A stretch of 64,000 nucleotides of DNA from Vicugna vicugna. Its lineage: Eukaryota. Both the position numbers and the translations under genes were made by a program. A model generated the notes under the pieces. The model worked only from the letters and a program-made list of their open reading frames with translations. It did not search any database and had not been told where the DNA came from. Shown piece by piece: positions 1 through 11,182 of this stretch (position 1 is the stretch's first letter; every line of letters begins with the position of its first letter). Location of the stretch: the NCBI GenBank assembly GCA_013265495.1, contig MU058636.1, forward strand, positions 3,025,967 to 3,089,966, read 5' to 3'.

Positions 1-2420
1 ATAAGAACGCCTGAAAATCCTATTCAGACACCATTTGTTCATTTTTAACACACTTTATCCTAATAAACTTTAAAAATCTGATTACCACAGCCACAGCAAA
101 TTAGAACCAGCAACTGTAAAGAGTTAGAGAGGGATAGGTAGGCATACCAACCACAGAAAAACAGAAGTGCTGAACAAGGCAGGAGACAGAAAAACTAAAA
201 ATATCAAACAACAGAACTTACAATGCTCAAAAATCTGAAGTCATCTTGTGCACAGCTTCTAAAAGTTTTTCACTGAACATCCCAACTATAAAATAGTTCA
301 GCATTTACCTCCAATACATGCATATTCCTTTATTAATCACATATTTTAAGTATGTTATAAAACATTTACCAAAACAGAATTAAAAGGTTAAAACATTGTT
401 TTAATTTTAATTATTAACTATTTTAAACATTAATTTATTTTAATCTTGCAATCACTAAAAATACTATTACTGTTAACATATTAAGTGAGAGCAAATGTAT
501 TTTGACACTTGATTTTAAGAGCTGTCACAAGTCATAACTGAAAAACCTAGCTCACAAAGATGCACAGATCCATACAGAAGAATGTCACTTACTTATTTAC
601 TAATCACTTTTCTGTTCTATCACCAAATATGAACAAGTTTTATTTGTTGAAAGTCAATTACCTGATGTCAATGTTACTACAATTTTATTTTACCTGATGT
701 CAATCATATATTTTTGCAAAGTGAGGAAAATGTGTTGTTTTTTATTTTTCTAATAAATGGGTCTAAAGGCCACTTAAATTCTCCGTGAGGAAGATTTTTC
801 AACAGACTGGAAAAATCTAAACATGTTTTCAAAATATTCTCTCCATAAAATTTCTTCTGAAAAGCAGGTATTTTTTTCAGTTATTGGTTAAAATGTCAAT
901 TTTGCCTTAATGAACAACTTACTGTTTGTTTTCTCAAAAATACCTGCTAGGTAGCGTACTACTGACAGCTCCTTGTCATCATGAAGACCAGAATCTAGAA
1001 GGTTCACCTTTTGTAAAATAAAAATGTGTAACTCAGCTAAGTTCTACAAATCTTTTAAGTGCTTTGACAGTGAACCTCTGCTCCCCATTTCCACACAAAG
1101 TATCATAGATTCTCTTATAAAAGTATTTTAAAAAGTAACTATGTGATATACTGTAACAGAAAAACCACAAAAACTTTGAGAAGCTCACGGTGCTGCTGTT
1201 GGCCTCTACGTTACAGAATTCCTACACCCTCCCTCAGCAAATCTGAACGTGGACCTAATGTGGGCTTTTCTTAGCCCAGAAGCTTTTCCAGAGCCAACCC
1301 ATATATTAATACAAAAACTCAGTTCCTCCTCCTTTTTGGAGCACAAAATAAACACCTAGAAGTTCTAGTATTTTTTACTGTCACATCTTGATTGTCTTCC
1401 CCCATCTCGCTTTGTAAACTACTGAACTAGTAGTGAAGGGGCACAAAGCGTCACAATCTCTATTAGATGCTGAGGATATAATAGTTGTAGTTGAAAGAAT
1501 TATGGCACTACGCTACACAGTGAAGTACTCAACGAACTTCACTGAACTGAATCAGTATTATGCAAATGATGGCTCTAAGTCACCAAAAATAAGTTAAATT
1601 ATACATAGCATATTACACATAAGGAGGACAGAAATCCAAAATAGATTGGGATATTTCCAAAACGAACCTTCATGTATTCAGAAAATTCACTGATTCAGAA
1701 TAATTTATTACCCAGGGTTTCCAGTTACCATGAATTCTACAGTCACTTTTCAATTTTTTCCCCCAGAATGAGAGGAATTCTCAAAGAGCACATTTAAGAA
1801 TGTACTTCAGTCTCCTAAAACATATTTACTGTTCCATGTTATGAAAACTAATAGAGCCATCAGCACTTTATCCACTAATTTAAAATAACTTCACACTAAA
1901 ATAACTTAACACTAAAACCATTTTTCATATTTAAAGTAGTAATAAAAGCAGACATCATTGACTTCATATTTAACACCATTATTATAAGCAGTAGCAGTAG
2001 GGGACAATATTTACCTTCCCCATAAGTAACAGAAAGAGTAATGTTTCAGGAGTCAAGAAAATCACTCAAAAGTTTTAAAATGTCTATTCTGTTTTAGAAA
2101 TTATGGGAGATATAATAAGACACATTCATATACATCTGACATCACTTAATCTGAAATGCACTGACAGAAAATGGTTCTCAGGAAGGAAAGATCACTGTGG
2201 ACTGGAATGAAGTAAAAACTTCTCACGGAAGAGGGACATGAGCTGGAGTAAGATTCAGAGCTAGAAAGGAAAAGGCATTCAAAGCAGAGAGAAATAACTT
2301 GTCATTTGTTTTCTCAATAAAAATGTCTAATTTAGAACACCAAATAAGGCACGTTCAAGTAAAACAATTTAGAGAAACATTCCATTAAAGATATGTTATT
2401 TATTAAGCTGTTTATCAAGT

Positions 2421-2424
<4 letters not shown>

Positions 2425-2460
<36 letters not shown>
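2425..2460 (+). repeat. (TG)18 microsatellite
   Basis: Perfect dinucleotide run of 36 nt. Confidence 0.98.
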
Positions 2461-2463
<3 letters not shown>

Positions 2464-2750
2464 ATGTAAACAGTACTTATCTGCCCTTTAGCTTCATAAA
2501 ACCTCCCAACTTATATTTGGAATAAAAGCTCCAGGAAGAGAAAGGAAAGTTAACAGGAGCTTGTAAGTAAAGAGAAAATCTGAGGCATTTGGTCTTAAAA
2601 TACTCTTTCTTCAAGTTCAAATTTTTCTACTCTCTAGACCTTTACCTAGCGTGACATTTTCCCCTGGTATACTCTATACTTGTCATTTACTTTAACTTGG
2701 AAAAGTTGAAAAAACTTCACTTTTAAAAGAAATTCATTTTAGTGATTTCC

Positions 2751-2768
2751 TGTCCACTAGAGGGCTCC
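2751..2768 (+). promoter_or_regulatory. Candidate CTCF site in UBL3 intron 1
   Basis: TGTCCACTAGAGGGCTCC is one mismatch from the CCACNAGRGGGCRC core. Confidence 0.5.
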
Positions 2769-5541
2769 AATATTTCTTCCACAAATGGAAGAGATTAGGC
2801 CATTACAATAAAAATATTCATTAAGCACTGAAAAAACTCAAATTATCATTAGCTCATTTAACCCCAGACTAAAAATGGTTTCATCTGCTACAATGTACAT
2901 GTTAATCATTTTAAAAGATACAGAGTTTCTCTTTAATTATTTTATCATCTAAAATGTTTCAAACACCAAAACTGCTTTGCCATTATTCGCACACTAATTG
3001 TCAATTTCTCTTTTAGGTAGGGTTTTCAATTTTAGATATCATAAAGTATATTTCAGTCCAAAGTTCTAAATAGTAGCTCAAATGTTTTATATAATAGTTT
3101 AATAAATGCAATAATTTATTTCTTGATAACTTTGCCAATCCAGAAAACATAATTACTACTTTATCTACCCAGACTTAGGCCTTATTACTAACAGCAAGAG
3201 TAAACATTTTCTTTCAGAAAACCTGTGTCATTAACATAATGCATGCTGCAATTATAAATAATAAATATTGCCCCATCATGAACTATGATTTTGGCCGAGG
3301 AAAAAAAAAAGAAAAAAAGAATCATTTAAAGACAATGTATTATAATGATACTCTGTTCAAATACTTTCAGGTTTTTCTCACAAATAAATTATTACACTGG
3401 AATGTTAGTCAATCTCTTTGTTCAAACCGAATCACTCTTAGCAAAGGAAAAGCCAATATTTTAAGTAAATACATTTATATTATTTATAGGACATCTTCAC
3501 AGAATGTTAACTGAAAAAGTTACCGATTGCAAATTATTTTTTGTAAAGAATATAGCAAATCCTTTCACTGGGAGTACCACTCCCACTCTTCCAAAAGACT
3601 GACTTGCTAAATTTGGATTATAAGAAAAAAGAGACTCCTTATGGTAAACATAAAAATTTACTGAATGTTTAAAAACAATTTTAAATGTCAGTTATATTTA
3701 CAAAATTTAAAAATGAATCTAAAAATCGATTTTAAAGTGAGTCACAATAATTACCATAAGAAGACTCTACCAAAAGCATCAATTGATTTAGCAATTATTA
3801 TAGCTCAAGAATGATTCATCTCTAATGAAAACATGGCAGGGGTTATAACGACACTGCCCCACCTCATCTCCCAAATATGATTCTCCTATACAACTGACAA
3901 GCACCATTAAAATGTGAAAGAGTGTAACATTTGTTCCTAAATAGCACATACTGGCGGTCACCACTGAGAAACTTGAAAATTTTACGGCACCCGGCAAAAA
4001 TGTATGTATTCATACATACATTGCAAAAGGATGTATCCTGCTCAATTTAGAATGTGCTTCAAGGGAAATGTCAGGTTATGGAAAGAGGTGGGGGTGGGAA
4101 GGCTGACGCTTTTCAAGAGTGGTAAAATTTTTCTCACTTTAAGTCATGAATGTAAATGCAGGTTAATTGTCAATTACTGATAATGAAGAGTTAAACAAAT
4201 ATGAAGCATTTAATTGACAACTTCTAGCTAGTATTTATCATGTTGTATTTCAAAAAGCTGAGAATTTTACATGCATATCAAATGAAGGCACTTCTTAAGC
4301 AAAAATGCAAGTAACAGCAAATGAAGGTTTAAAAGGTTTTAACACTGGAAAAAACCCTCAAGACCTCCAACAAGTTGAACAGCTAGAAGATGAGACATAA
4401 AAAATAGAACCATCTAATCTGAGCTGTACCTTAGACACACTCTGAAAGCATCACCAGGGCATTATATGTTTATTACATAATACTGCTTTGCCCTTGCACA
4501 TCACCTTTAATCAAGGGATCTCAAAGCACCACAGAATTATCAAGGCCTTAAAATACAGTCTAAAACAGATATAGTTATAGTTTATAACTGCAGCCATTAA
4601 TAAAACCTTGCCACTGCTTCCCGGTCCCCTGATCTGAACATTAGCTTCCAAACCTTCTCTCTGACTTGGAAACAGTATATTCCAAATCATCTCAATTTGT
4701 AGCTGATACTACGCACATTCCAGCTTTTTACTGGGCTCAAGAAAGTAGTGGCACTGTTTTAATGACACAAATCTATTTCACTACAACTTCTGTGATAAAT
4801 AGTGCTTAGGGCGATCATATCTTAGAGTGTACATGATGGTATAAAATGGAGGCGAGAGAAAGAGCGGAGAGAGCAAGAGAGAGCAAATCTTTGCTGGAGG
4901 TGATAAGCCCACACAGCAAATACCAAACAGGGGAAATAGCATTTTCCAGCTCAGTCCAGAGACCTCTCCAGGCAACTCCAAGAGTTTGGTGGAGGCAACC
5001 AAGTCCAGCTATCCCTATTCCCCGATGTGCACACCAGGAGGTGAGGGAAAAGTAAAAGGACAATGCTCGAGTTTTAAGACTCAGGAAGGAGAGTGTAAGG
5101 TTGTTGTGTGGCCACCCAAGTGACAGAACCTGGTGGTTGCTTTGCATTTAAATAGCGCACTAAAAGGGAAATCAAACACAGGCAAAACGTCTTTAAACCA
5201 AGGTCAAAATATGCCGTTTAGAGCCATTTAATTTCTTTTTTTACAGCCTGTAAATGGGGTTCACGTCTCTCGAAACATCTGACATTTTAAAATTTAATCA
5301 TCACTAAAGTTCAATTTCATTTTTTCGCTGAAATACACACTCAAGTGTTAATGTAAATGAGCATAACTATGTTAACGTTAATTCTTTCATAAACAAGATT
5401 ATTCGTCTTCCTGTTAATTGAATTATGTGTGTCCCTAGGACGGCAAAGTGTAATTTCACACTCACACAAACCCACCTCCCAGCACTGTAAACCTACCCGG
5501 TTCCTGTTAGTCAACAGTCTCACAACCTTAACCTTTATAAG

Positions 5542-5584
5542 CAAAAAAAACAAAAAAACAAAAAAACAAAAAAACAAAAAAAAC
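5542..5584 (+). repeat. (CAAAAAAA)n A-rich microsatellite
   Basis: About five units of C(A)7-8, flanked by 13-bp direct repeats. Confidence 0.9.
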
Positions 5585-6341
5585 CAACTATAACCTTTAT
5601 AAGTAAGAAAAGCGTCAATAAGCATGAGTACTTTTTGTTTCAAGTTCTTAACATTCCGGGATCAAGGCTCAATCAATAATGTGTTTTATTAGCTTTTAAA
5701 AGTCCAATGATGTAATACAACTAAATATTTGGTACTAGAAGTCCTGGAATATTCACTAAATGTACCAATATACAGTCAGCCTAGATTTGTGAAAATTCCA
5801 AAATGTCTTAATACTGCTGTTGGTGTACTTGTTCACCCAGACATTTCAAAAAGCTCACGACAAATTCTAGTCGAGTTTCTCTTGATGTGATAATATGGCC
5901 CTGTTCTTGGAAATATCAAGTTTGTACCTACTGCATTAAGGATCTCGTCAGTGTCACCAAGCAAGATTCCCGTGTTCCTGTCCACCTCTGTATCTAGTAG
6001 GGACACCCGAACTCGGCTCTGCCCATCGTCACTGACGTTTTCAGACGCTTTAAGACACAACTGTTCAGAGGCTTCCAGCAAAGAGGAAGATATTTTCTCC
6101 ACTTCGAGCCACCTTGCTACATTTCCCCCAACTTCTCCATTGTCTTTAATAATTTAGAAAACACAACCAAATGAGAAAATCCGCATTAAAAGCAGTACTT
6201 TCTCAAAGAGGGACCCCAGAACCTCCAACTTCTCCAAATCTTCCCGCAAAGCTTCACCCCACGCCTGCATCCTTTCTGATTAAATAAGATTGGAAACCAC
6301 AGTTAAATCAAAGGGTGTCGTAACTCTTATCCTTCACTTAC

Positions 6342-6368
6342 CATATCCGCCGGGACATTACTGGACAT
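6342..6368 (-). CDS. UBL3: Ubiquitin-like protein 3, coding part of exon 1 (codons 1-9, MSSNVPADM); remaining exons lie left of the window
   Basis: Minus strand reads ggcaag ATG TCC AGT AAT GTC CCG GCG GAT ATG | GTAAGT. The peptide matches the N-terminus I recall for mammalian UBL3 (MSSNVPADMINLRLILVSGK...). A at -3, phase-0 canonical donor, directly downstream of a CpG island. Confidence 0.95.
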
Positions 6369-6611
6369 CTTGCCGTTTGATATATCCGCAGATGTTTACG
6401 AGAAAAAAAATCAAAAAAGACAACAACAAACAAAAAGAGAGAGAAGTCTTCAAGCTACAGAAATCAACCTTCACGATCTTGACTGGTTCGAGATGTGCTT
6501 TCCAAAAAGAAAGAAGTTATTTCGGAGCCGAAGTGCCGGCCTGGCCGAGGTTCGGTGCGAAGAGGAACAATCGCCAGGAGCGGGGTGGCCGGAGCGGGAG
6601 GGAAGCCGGGT

Positions 6612-6653
6612 CGCTGTCGCTGTCGCCGTCGCCGTCAGCAGCAGCAGCAGCAG
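6612..6653 (+). repeat. (CGCYGT)4 hexamer followed by (CAG)6 in the UBL3 5' UTR
   Basis: cgctgt cgctgt cgccgt cgccgt cagcagcagcagcagcag. Confidence 0.9.
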
Positions 6654-7346
6654 GAGGAGCAGCCCCAGGACCGGCCGCGCCAGGTGGACCGAGCCGAGTG
6701 ACACACGGACATGGAGGGGGTGGGAGGGGGTTAAGTCGCCTTCCTCCTCTCCCAGGCCGGCAGTGATTCACACTCGCTCCCGAGTCAAGTCCTCATTAAG
6801 CAGGAAAATGCCCCGGCGTCGAGGTACACAGATAACTATGTGGCTACACATGGACGCGCGAGCGCCGGGCGCGGGGCCGGCGCCGGCGGACGGCGCGGGG
6901 AAACGGCTCAACTCGCGCGGCCGGGGCTGCGAGCCGGGCCGCGGAAACCTGCGCTCAAGGGCATTTAATTCGTTGCGAGCCGAAGTGCAAGTCCCGGCCG
7001 CACAGCCAGGGCGGCGAGCGCGCGGCGCGGGGAGCTCGGCCGGGCAGGAGACCCCACGGCCCGTCGGGGCTCAGGCCGCGGGCGCCTCCGGGAAGCCGCA
7101 GGGCTTGGGGCGCATCGTCTCCGGCTTCCCGGCGCTCCTCTCCCGCCTCCGCCTCCTCCGTCTCCGCCTTCCTGTCCCCTCCCCGGCCTCGCGAGCTCCC
7201 CGCGACGTCGACTTTGGCTGGTCCCCGGAAGAGGCCGGGTCCTTCCTCTCCTCAGCCCGGGAATGATTTCCTCTCAGAGCTCTGTCCTCCTCCTCCACTT
7301 TTCAGTCCCCGACGCCGCAGCCGCCTCCTGTCATCGCCCCTCAAGC

Positions 7347-7358
7347 CAACATGGCGGC
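7347..7358 (+). promoter_or_regulatory. YY1 consensus site
   Basis: CAACATGGCGGC matches CAAnATGGCGGC, just downstream of the inferred TSS. Confidence 0.75.
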
Positions 7359-7377
7359 GGCGGCGGTGGCGGCGGCA
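7353..7377 (+). repeat. Interrupted (GGC)n trinucleotide run
   Basis: ggcggcggcggcggtggcggcggc at the 5' end of the UBL3 leader. Confidence 0.85.
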
Positions 7378-7432
7378 GCAGCTGCCGAAGCGAGAGTCCG
7401 GGACACGGGAGAGCACGGCGCCCCCTTCGCAG

Positions 7433-7456
7433 AGGAGCATCACGGGAAGTGTAGTC
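7433..7456 (-). promoter_or_regulatory. ZNF143/THAP11-type (ACTACAnnTCCC + SBS) promoter motif
   Basis: Minus strand GACTACACTTCCCGTGATGCTCC fits ACTACAnnTCCCRnnATGC. Confidence 0.75.
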
Positions 7457-7514
7457 TACGCGTTGCCGGGTGAGGGGGGAGCCGGCCACCTAACGCGTCC
7501 TCGCACCACTCCGA

Positions 7515-7543
7515 GGCCACGCCCCTCTTAGCAACAGTTGCTA
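7515..7543. promoter_or_regulatory. SP/KLF GC-box plus RFX-like palindrome
   Basis: GGCCACGCCCC (7515-7525) followed by the perfect inverted repeat TAGCAAC-A-GTTGCTA (7529-7543), made of RFX-type half sites. Confidence 0.6.
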
Positions 7544-8435
7544 GGAGAGGAAAGCTCGCTTTAGCCAAACTGCTGCCCAGGAGTTAGGCAATACCTGCTA
7601 CCAGGAGGGCTGTGATCGTACGAATTATTGGGGGAAAACGGAGAAATTCCCTCATTCATATACACGCAGAGTTAAAATAATGGGTTACCTCCGAGCAGAA
7701 TCGTTCATTTTAATGACAGTGCGCTCTCCACATCCTGCAATCTCAAAGCATTTTGTATAGTGATTTCATCTAGGTATCTCCTCAACAATACATTTGGAAG
7801 ATCAGAAGCAATCATCGATTTCCAGTAGAAGGTCATAGAAGTTCAACAAGAGCAAGGATCTCATTAAGCAGGGAGAATGTTTGAACATGTGTTTCTTGAA
7901 GACCCAGGGCCATGCAGCTACAATCTAGTTAACTGAAATGACCAAAAACTGTATTAGATACAATAGTGTATGATGCCAAATCTGTATCAGGAAATATTTA
8001 CTACAAATGACAGGGGGATTAACCAGTTTACCAGGCTATCCCCTGAATTCTATTATACTCAAAATGTAATTGAAAACTTACACACTTTCAGTGACTAGCA
8101 ACCAGACAAAATAACAGCATTAGTGAGACACTTGGATGAAGCATATGTCTACCTTACATTTAGGAACAAAATGCAGAGACCACAAATGTCTGACTCCCTA
8201 TTCATATCTCTCTTAGTGTTCAGAGCATTTTAGGAAGGGCAGTCTTAATAAGAAACCTGTTTAAAAATGCCAACTGAAAGCCACCTCTCCAACCTACAGC
8301 TATGTGACCTCATCTTTAAAACAGCCTTACCTACCTTCCAGGGGTAAAATAGGGGCCATTGTGAAGATGAGTTCATACATGGGAAATAAATCACTTTGTA
8401 AATAATAATGCATCATTTGATGTGAAATATTACTA

Positions 8436-8530
8436 CTTATTCATTCAGCAAACATGCTAAGCACTCTGCTAGGCGCCAGGAGTTTAAAAATGAATAATTC
8501 AGGCACTATCCTCAGGGAACTCATTGTCTT
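8436..8530 (-). mobile_element. L2 LINE 3' end fragment
   Basis: ttattcattcagcaaacat...ctaggc...aatgaataa...ctcagggaactcattgtct resembles the antisense L2 tail. Confidence 0.6.
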
Positions 8531-9559
8531 GGAGTGTGTGTCATTCCCTATAGCAATCTCTCCAGTCAGATCTGTCTCATCAGGATGAAAACTTACAGGA
8601 CATTTAGAGACCCTGCCTCTTGAGTAGCCTGGTGGGAGAAATTCCAAGGGGCCTACATCATCTCCTGCTGAGTTAGGAAGGTAACCAGGAAAGAGGAAGG
8701 CATGTCAAAGTCCCAGAGAGACCAAAAGTCAGAAGGAAAAAGAGGCCCAAATCTTGCCCCAATTAAGCTTCAGGACTTGGTCTAAACATTTCTGAGTCTG
8801 TTGCTACATGATTTTCCTTGACCCTATTTTCCATGTTTAGCAACCACAGAACCCTTGCCACCAGATCTCCAGGAAATAAGAGCAGCTGAAAATGCTTCAA
8901 TTGACCAATGTGTTCAGAAGGAGCATTGGAAGGCATTTTGAAGGCTCTTGCTCACCAAGTTAGTCTTCCATCCCACTCCAAACCCCAACTTTTATCCAAC
9001 TGCTGCCGTGGCCCAGGCTCTGCTGGGCCTAAATGCTACCACTGTGAGTACAAAGGCAAGAAGCAGAAGATGCGACATATAGAAGCATCAAATCACATTT
9101 CCTCTGCTGCTTCCCAATAATCATACATCGATGAGACATGTAAGGACCACCACTGCCAGCCCAAGACCTTGGCATTTCTGACACATGATGATGCTGGTGG
9201 CTACCAGTTACCAAAGGCAGCATGTTTCAAAAGTAAAGTCATTACACCTAGCTGTATTTCCAATCACTCTTCTAAGAGAGGCTATGACATTTTTCTCCAT
9301 AAAACTCATTATAACACTTCCCTTAACAGTTAAGGCACGAGGAAGCATTACAGAACACAGTTGCAGACTTCTCCGCTCTCCTCGCTTTACTCTCTCCTTC
9401 CTGACCCAGGTGGGTGAGATGGGAGGCAGGAGAAAGAGCCCACATGTCCACACTGGGAAAGGTAACATCTTCCTGATACCTTTCATCTACTGTCAGCATT
9501 ATTTGAAGGATGCAAGTGACATGGCATTTTTGTATTTGGAAAAGTAACTCCATGGGAAA

Positions 9560-9680
9560 TCAAAAGACCTGGCTCTGTCAATGAATTTGCTGTGTGACAT
9601 TTGCGAAGACACTCTGCTTCTCTGAGCCTCAATTTCTTCATCTGAGGAGCTGGACTAAAATCTCTAAGGCCCCTCCTAGG
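9560..9680 (+). mobile_element. MIR SINE fragment
   Basis: Core motif ctgtgtgac...tctgagcctcaatttcttcatctg. Confidence 0.7.
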
Positions 9681-9779
9681 AATCCATGAAGTCAAGTCCC
9701 AGAAGAATAACACATGACACCCATGACCTGTTAAAAAGATCTTCCCCAAGAGAAAAGGTTTTTTTTTTGGGGGGGGTGT

Positions 9780-10385
9780 TATGGAAATGTTCTAAAATTA
9801 GATTGTAATGATGGCTGCACAACTCTGTAAATATACTAAAGACCAATTAATTGTACACTTTAGATGGGTGAATTTATTTTTTTAAATTATAGTTAAATAC
9901 AGGTAATATAACATTTACCATCTTAACCTTTTTGGGGTGCACAATTCAGTGGCATTAAGTGCATTCACTTTGTTGTACTACCATCACCACCATCTATCCA
10001 CAGAACTCTTCCATTTTGCAAAATGGAAACTCCAAACCCAATGAACAACTTCTCATTCCCTTCCCCCAGCTCCTGGAAACCGCCATAATACTTTCTGTCT
10101 CTATGAATTTGACTCCTCTAGGTGCCTTATATAAGCAGAATCACAGTACTTGTCTTTTTGTGGCTAGTTTATTTCACTTAACATAATGTCTTCAAGGTTC
10201 ATCCAGGTGGTAGCATGTGTCAGAATTTCTTTCTTCTTTAAGAGTAAATAACCATTCCATTGTCTGAATGTAGACATTACATTTTGTCTGTCCATTCATC
10301 CATCTGTACACATTTAGATTGCTTCCAGCTTTTGAGATGGATGAATTTTACATGTAAACTGTATCTCAGTGAAGTCATTAAAAAC
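9780..10385 (+). mobile_element. Old L1M 3' end (9780-9875 and 10349-10385), interrupted by a second L1
   Basis: tggaaatgttctaaaattagattgtaatgatggctgcacaactctgtaaatatactaaa...ttgtacacttta, resuming with tacatgtaaactgtatctcagt. Confidence 0.8.
9876..10334 (-). mobile_element. L1MB-like 3' end inserted antisense, with 14-bp TSD
   Basis: T-rich start, catttaccatcttaacc...cattcactttgttgtactaccatcaccaccatc...ttcacttaacataatgtcttcaaggttcatcc. Flanked by agatgggtgaattt (9862-9875) and agatggatgaattt (10335-10348). Confidence 0.85.
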
Positions 10386-11182
10386 ATATCTCCCCCATCT
10401 GCCACGTAAGGGGTCTGAAATGATATCTGTCTTAGGATCATTATTTAAAGGTCTTCACAAGAAACTCATGAATTTAAACTAGACAGAAGCATGATTTGCT
10501 ATGAGGCCTGTAACCTTTAATCAGGTATTACTTGGCTTGATGATCTCATTTGACATCCATTGTCATTTATTAAAGATCTGGGGATCAGAAAATGGCACAA
10601 AATGCAGAGAAAGGTCTGCAACAATGCCTGGAGGTGGGGGTGGGGCCAGGGACACACTGTGCACCGCTCACAAGTGGAAGTGAGAACTTGGAGGACGGCT
10701 TTTACCACCTCCATCCGGTTTTACCCAAGTCCTCTTTGGTCCCAGTTTTAGAGTCACTTCAAACATTTACTTTGTTAAATTATACTATGTTTCTTTTTCA
10801 TGAGAAAATCTGTATGAAGCCCCCTAATATCAACATGAAGAGCCCTAACATGGAAGAAATGTTAAACCCCTACCACAAAAAAGGCCAAGGTCTTTTCTCT
10901 GAAACTAGAGATAATTTGCTAGTTACTGGTTTCGAAATGAACTTCCCCCTTTAGTCTTTCCTCTTGTGGGAGCAGAATGAATATATGATGTGCGTGTAGA
11001 CTGGAGAATTTGTGTGTTTGTAGATTGGAGAATTGTGCTCTGAATTTGGGATATGAAGAATTAAATTGTGTAAGGTTAGGAAATAGACAGGGTTGACCTA
11101 TTTTCGCTCCTGGGAAGCCCCCAAACAAAATTCATTGCAGATAAATCCAGCCCCTTTAACTCTACACTCCCCTAAAGAGACA

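Larger units (their letters stand above)
1..6341 (-). other. UBL3: UBL3 intron 1 (5' part); donor GTAAGT at 6341-6336
   Basis: Consensus donor immediately after codon 9. I did not find the expected exon 2 peptide (INLRLILVSGK...) in 1-6341. Sequence is AT-rich. Confidence 0.85.
6369..7440 (-). other. UBL3: UBL3 exon 1 5' UTR (~1 kb, GC-rich); TSS approximate
   Basis: Continuous GC-rich stretch between the promoter motif cluster (~7430-7545) and the start codon. The 5' end is inferred from motif positions, not observed. Confidence 0.7.
6520..7530. promoter_or_regulatory. CpG island over UBL3 promoter/exon 1
   Basis: Very high GC and CpG density (e.g. 6855-7260) against AT-rich, CpG-poor flanks. 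Confidence 0.95.

Noticed and set aside
1881..1917. 16-bp tandem duplication TAAAATAACTT(C/A)ACAC (a similar 12-bp one lies at 20702-20729)
   Set aside because: Ordinary slippage duplication with no sign of function.
5833..6102. 89-aa protein-looking ORF in intron 1
   Set aside because: Non-ATG start, no similarity to UBL3 exon 2 or any family I recognise, and no convincing splice sites.
6370..7266. 298-aa plus-strand ORF, the longest in the track
   Set aside because: TTG start, antisense to UBL3 exon 1, low-complexity R/G/A/P/S composition; expected from stop-codon depletion in a CpG island.
7071..7298. 75-aa minus-strand ORF with a poly-Arg run
   Set aside because: GTG start inside the UBL3 leader; only its AUG-initiated last 14 codons are counted as uORF3; no recognisable protein.
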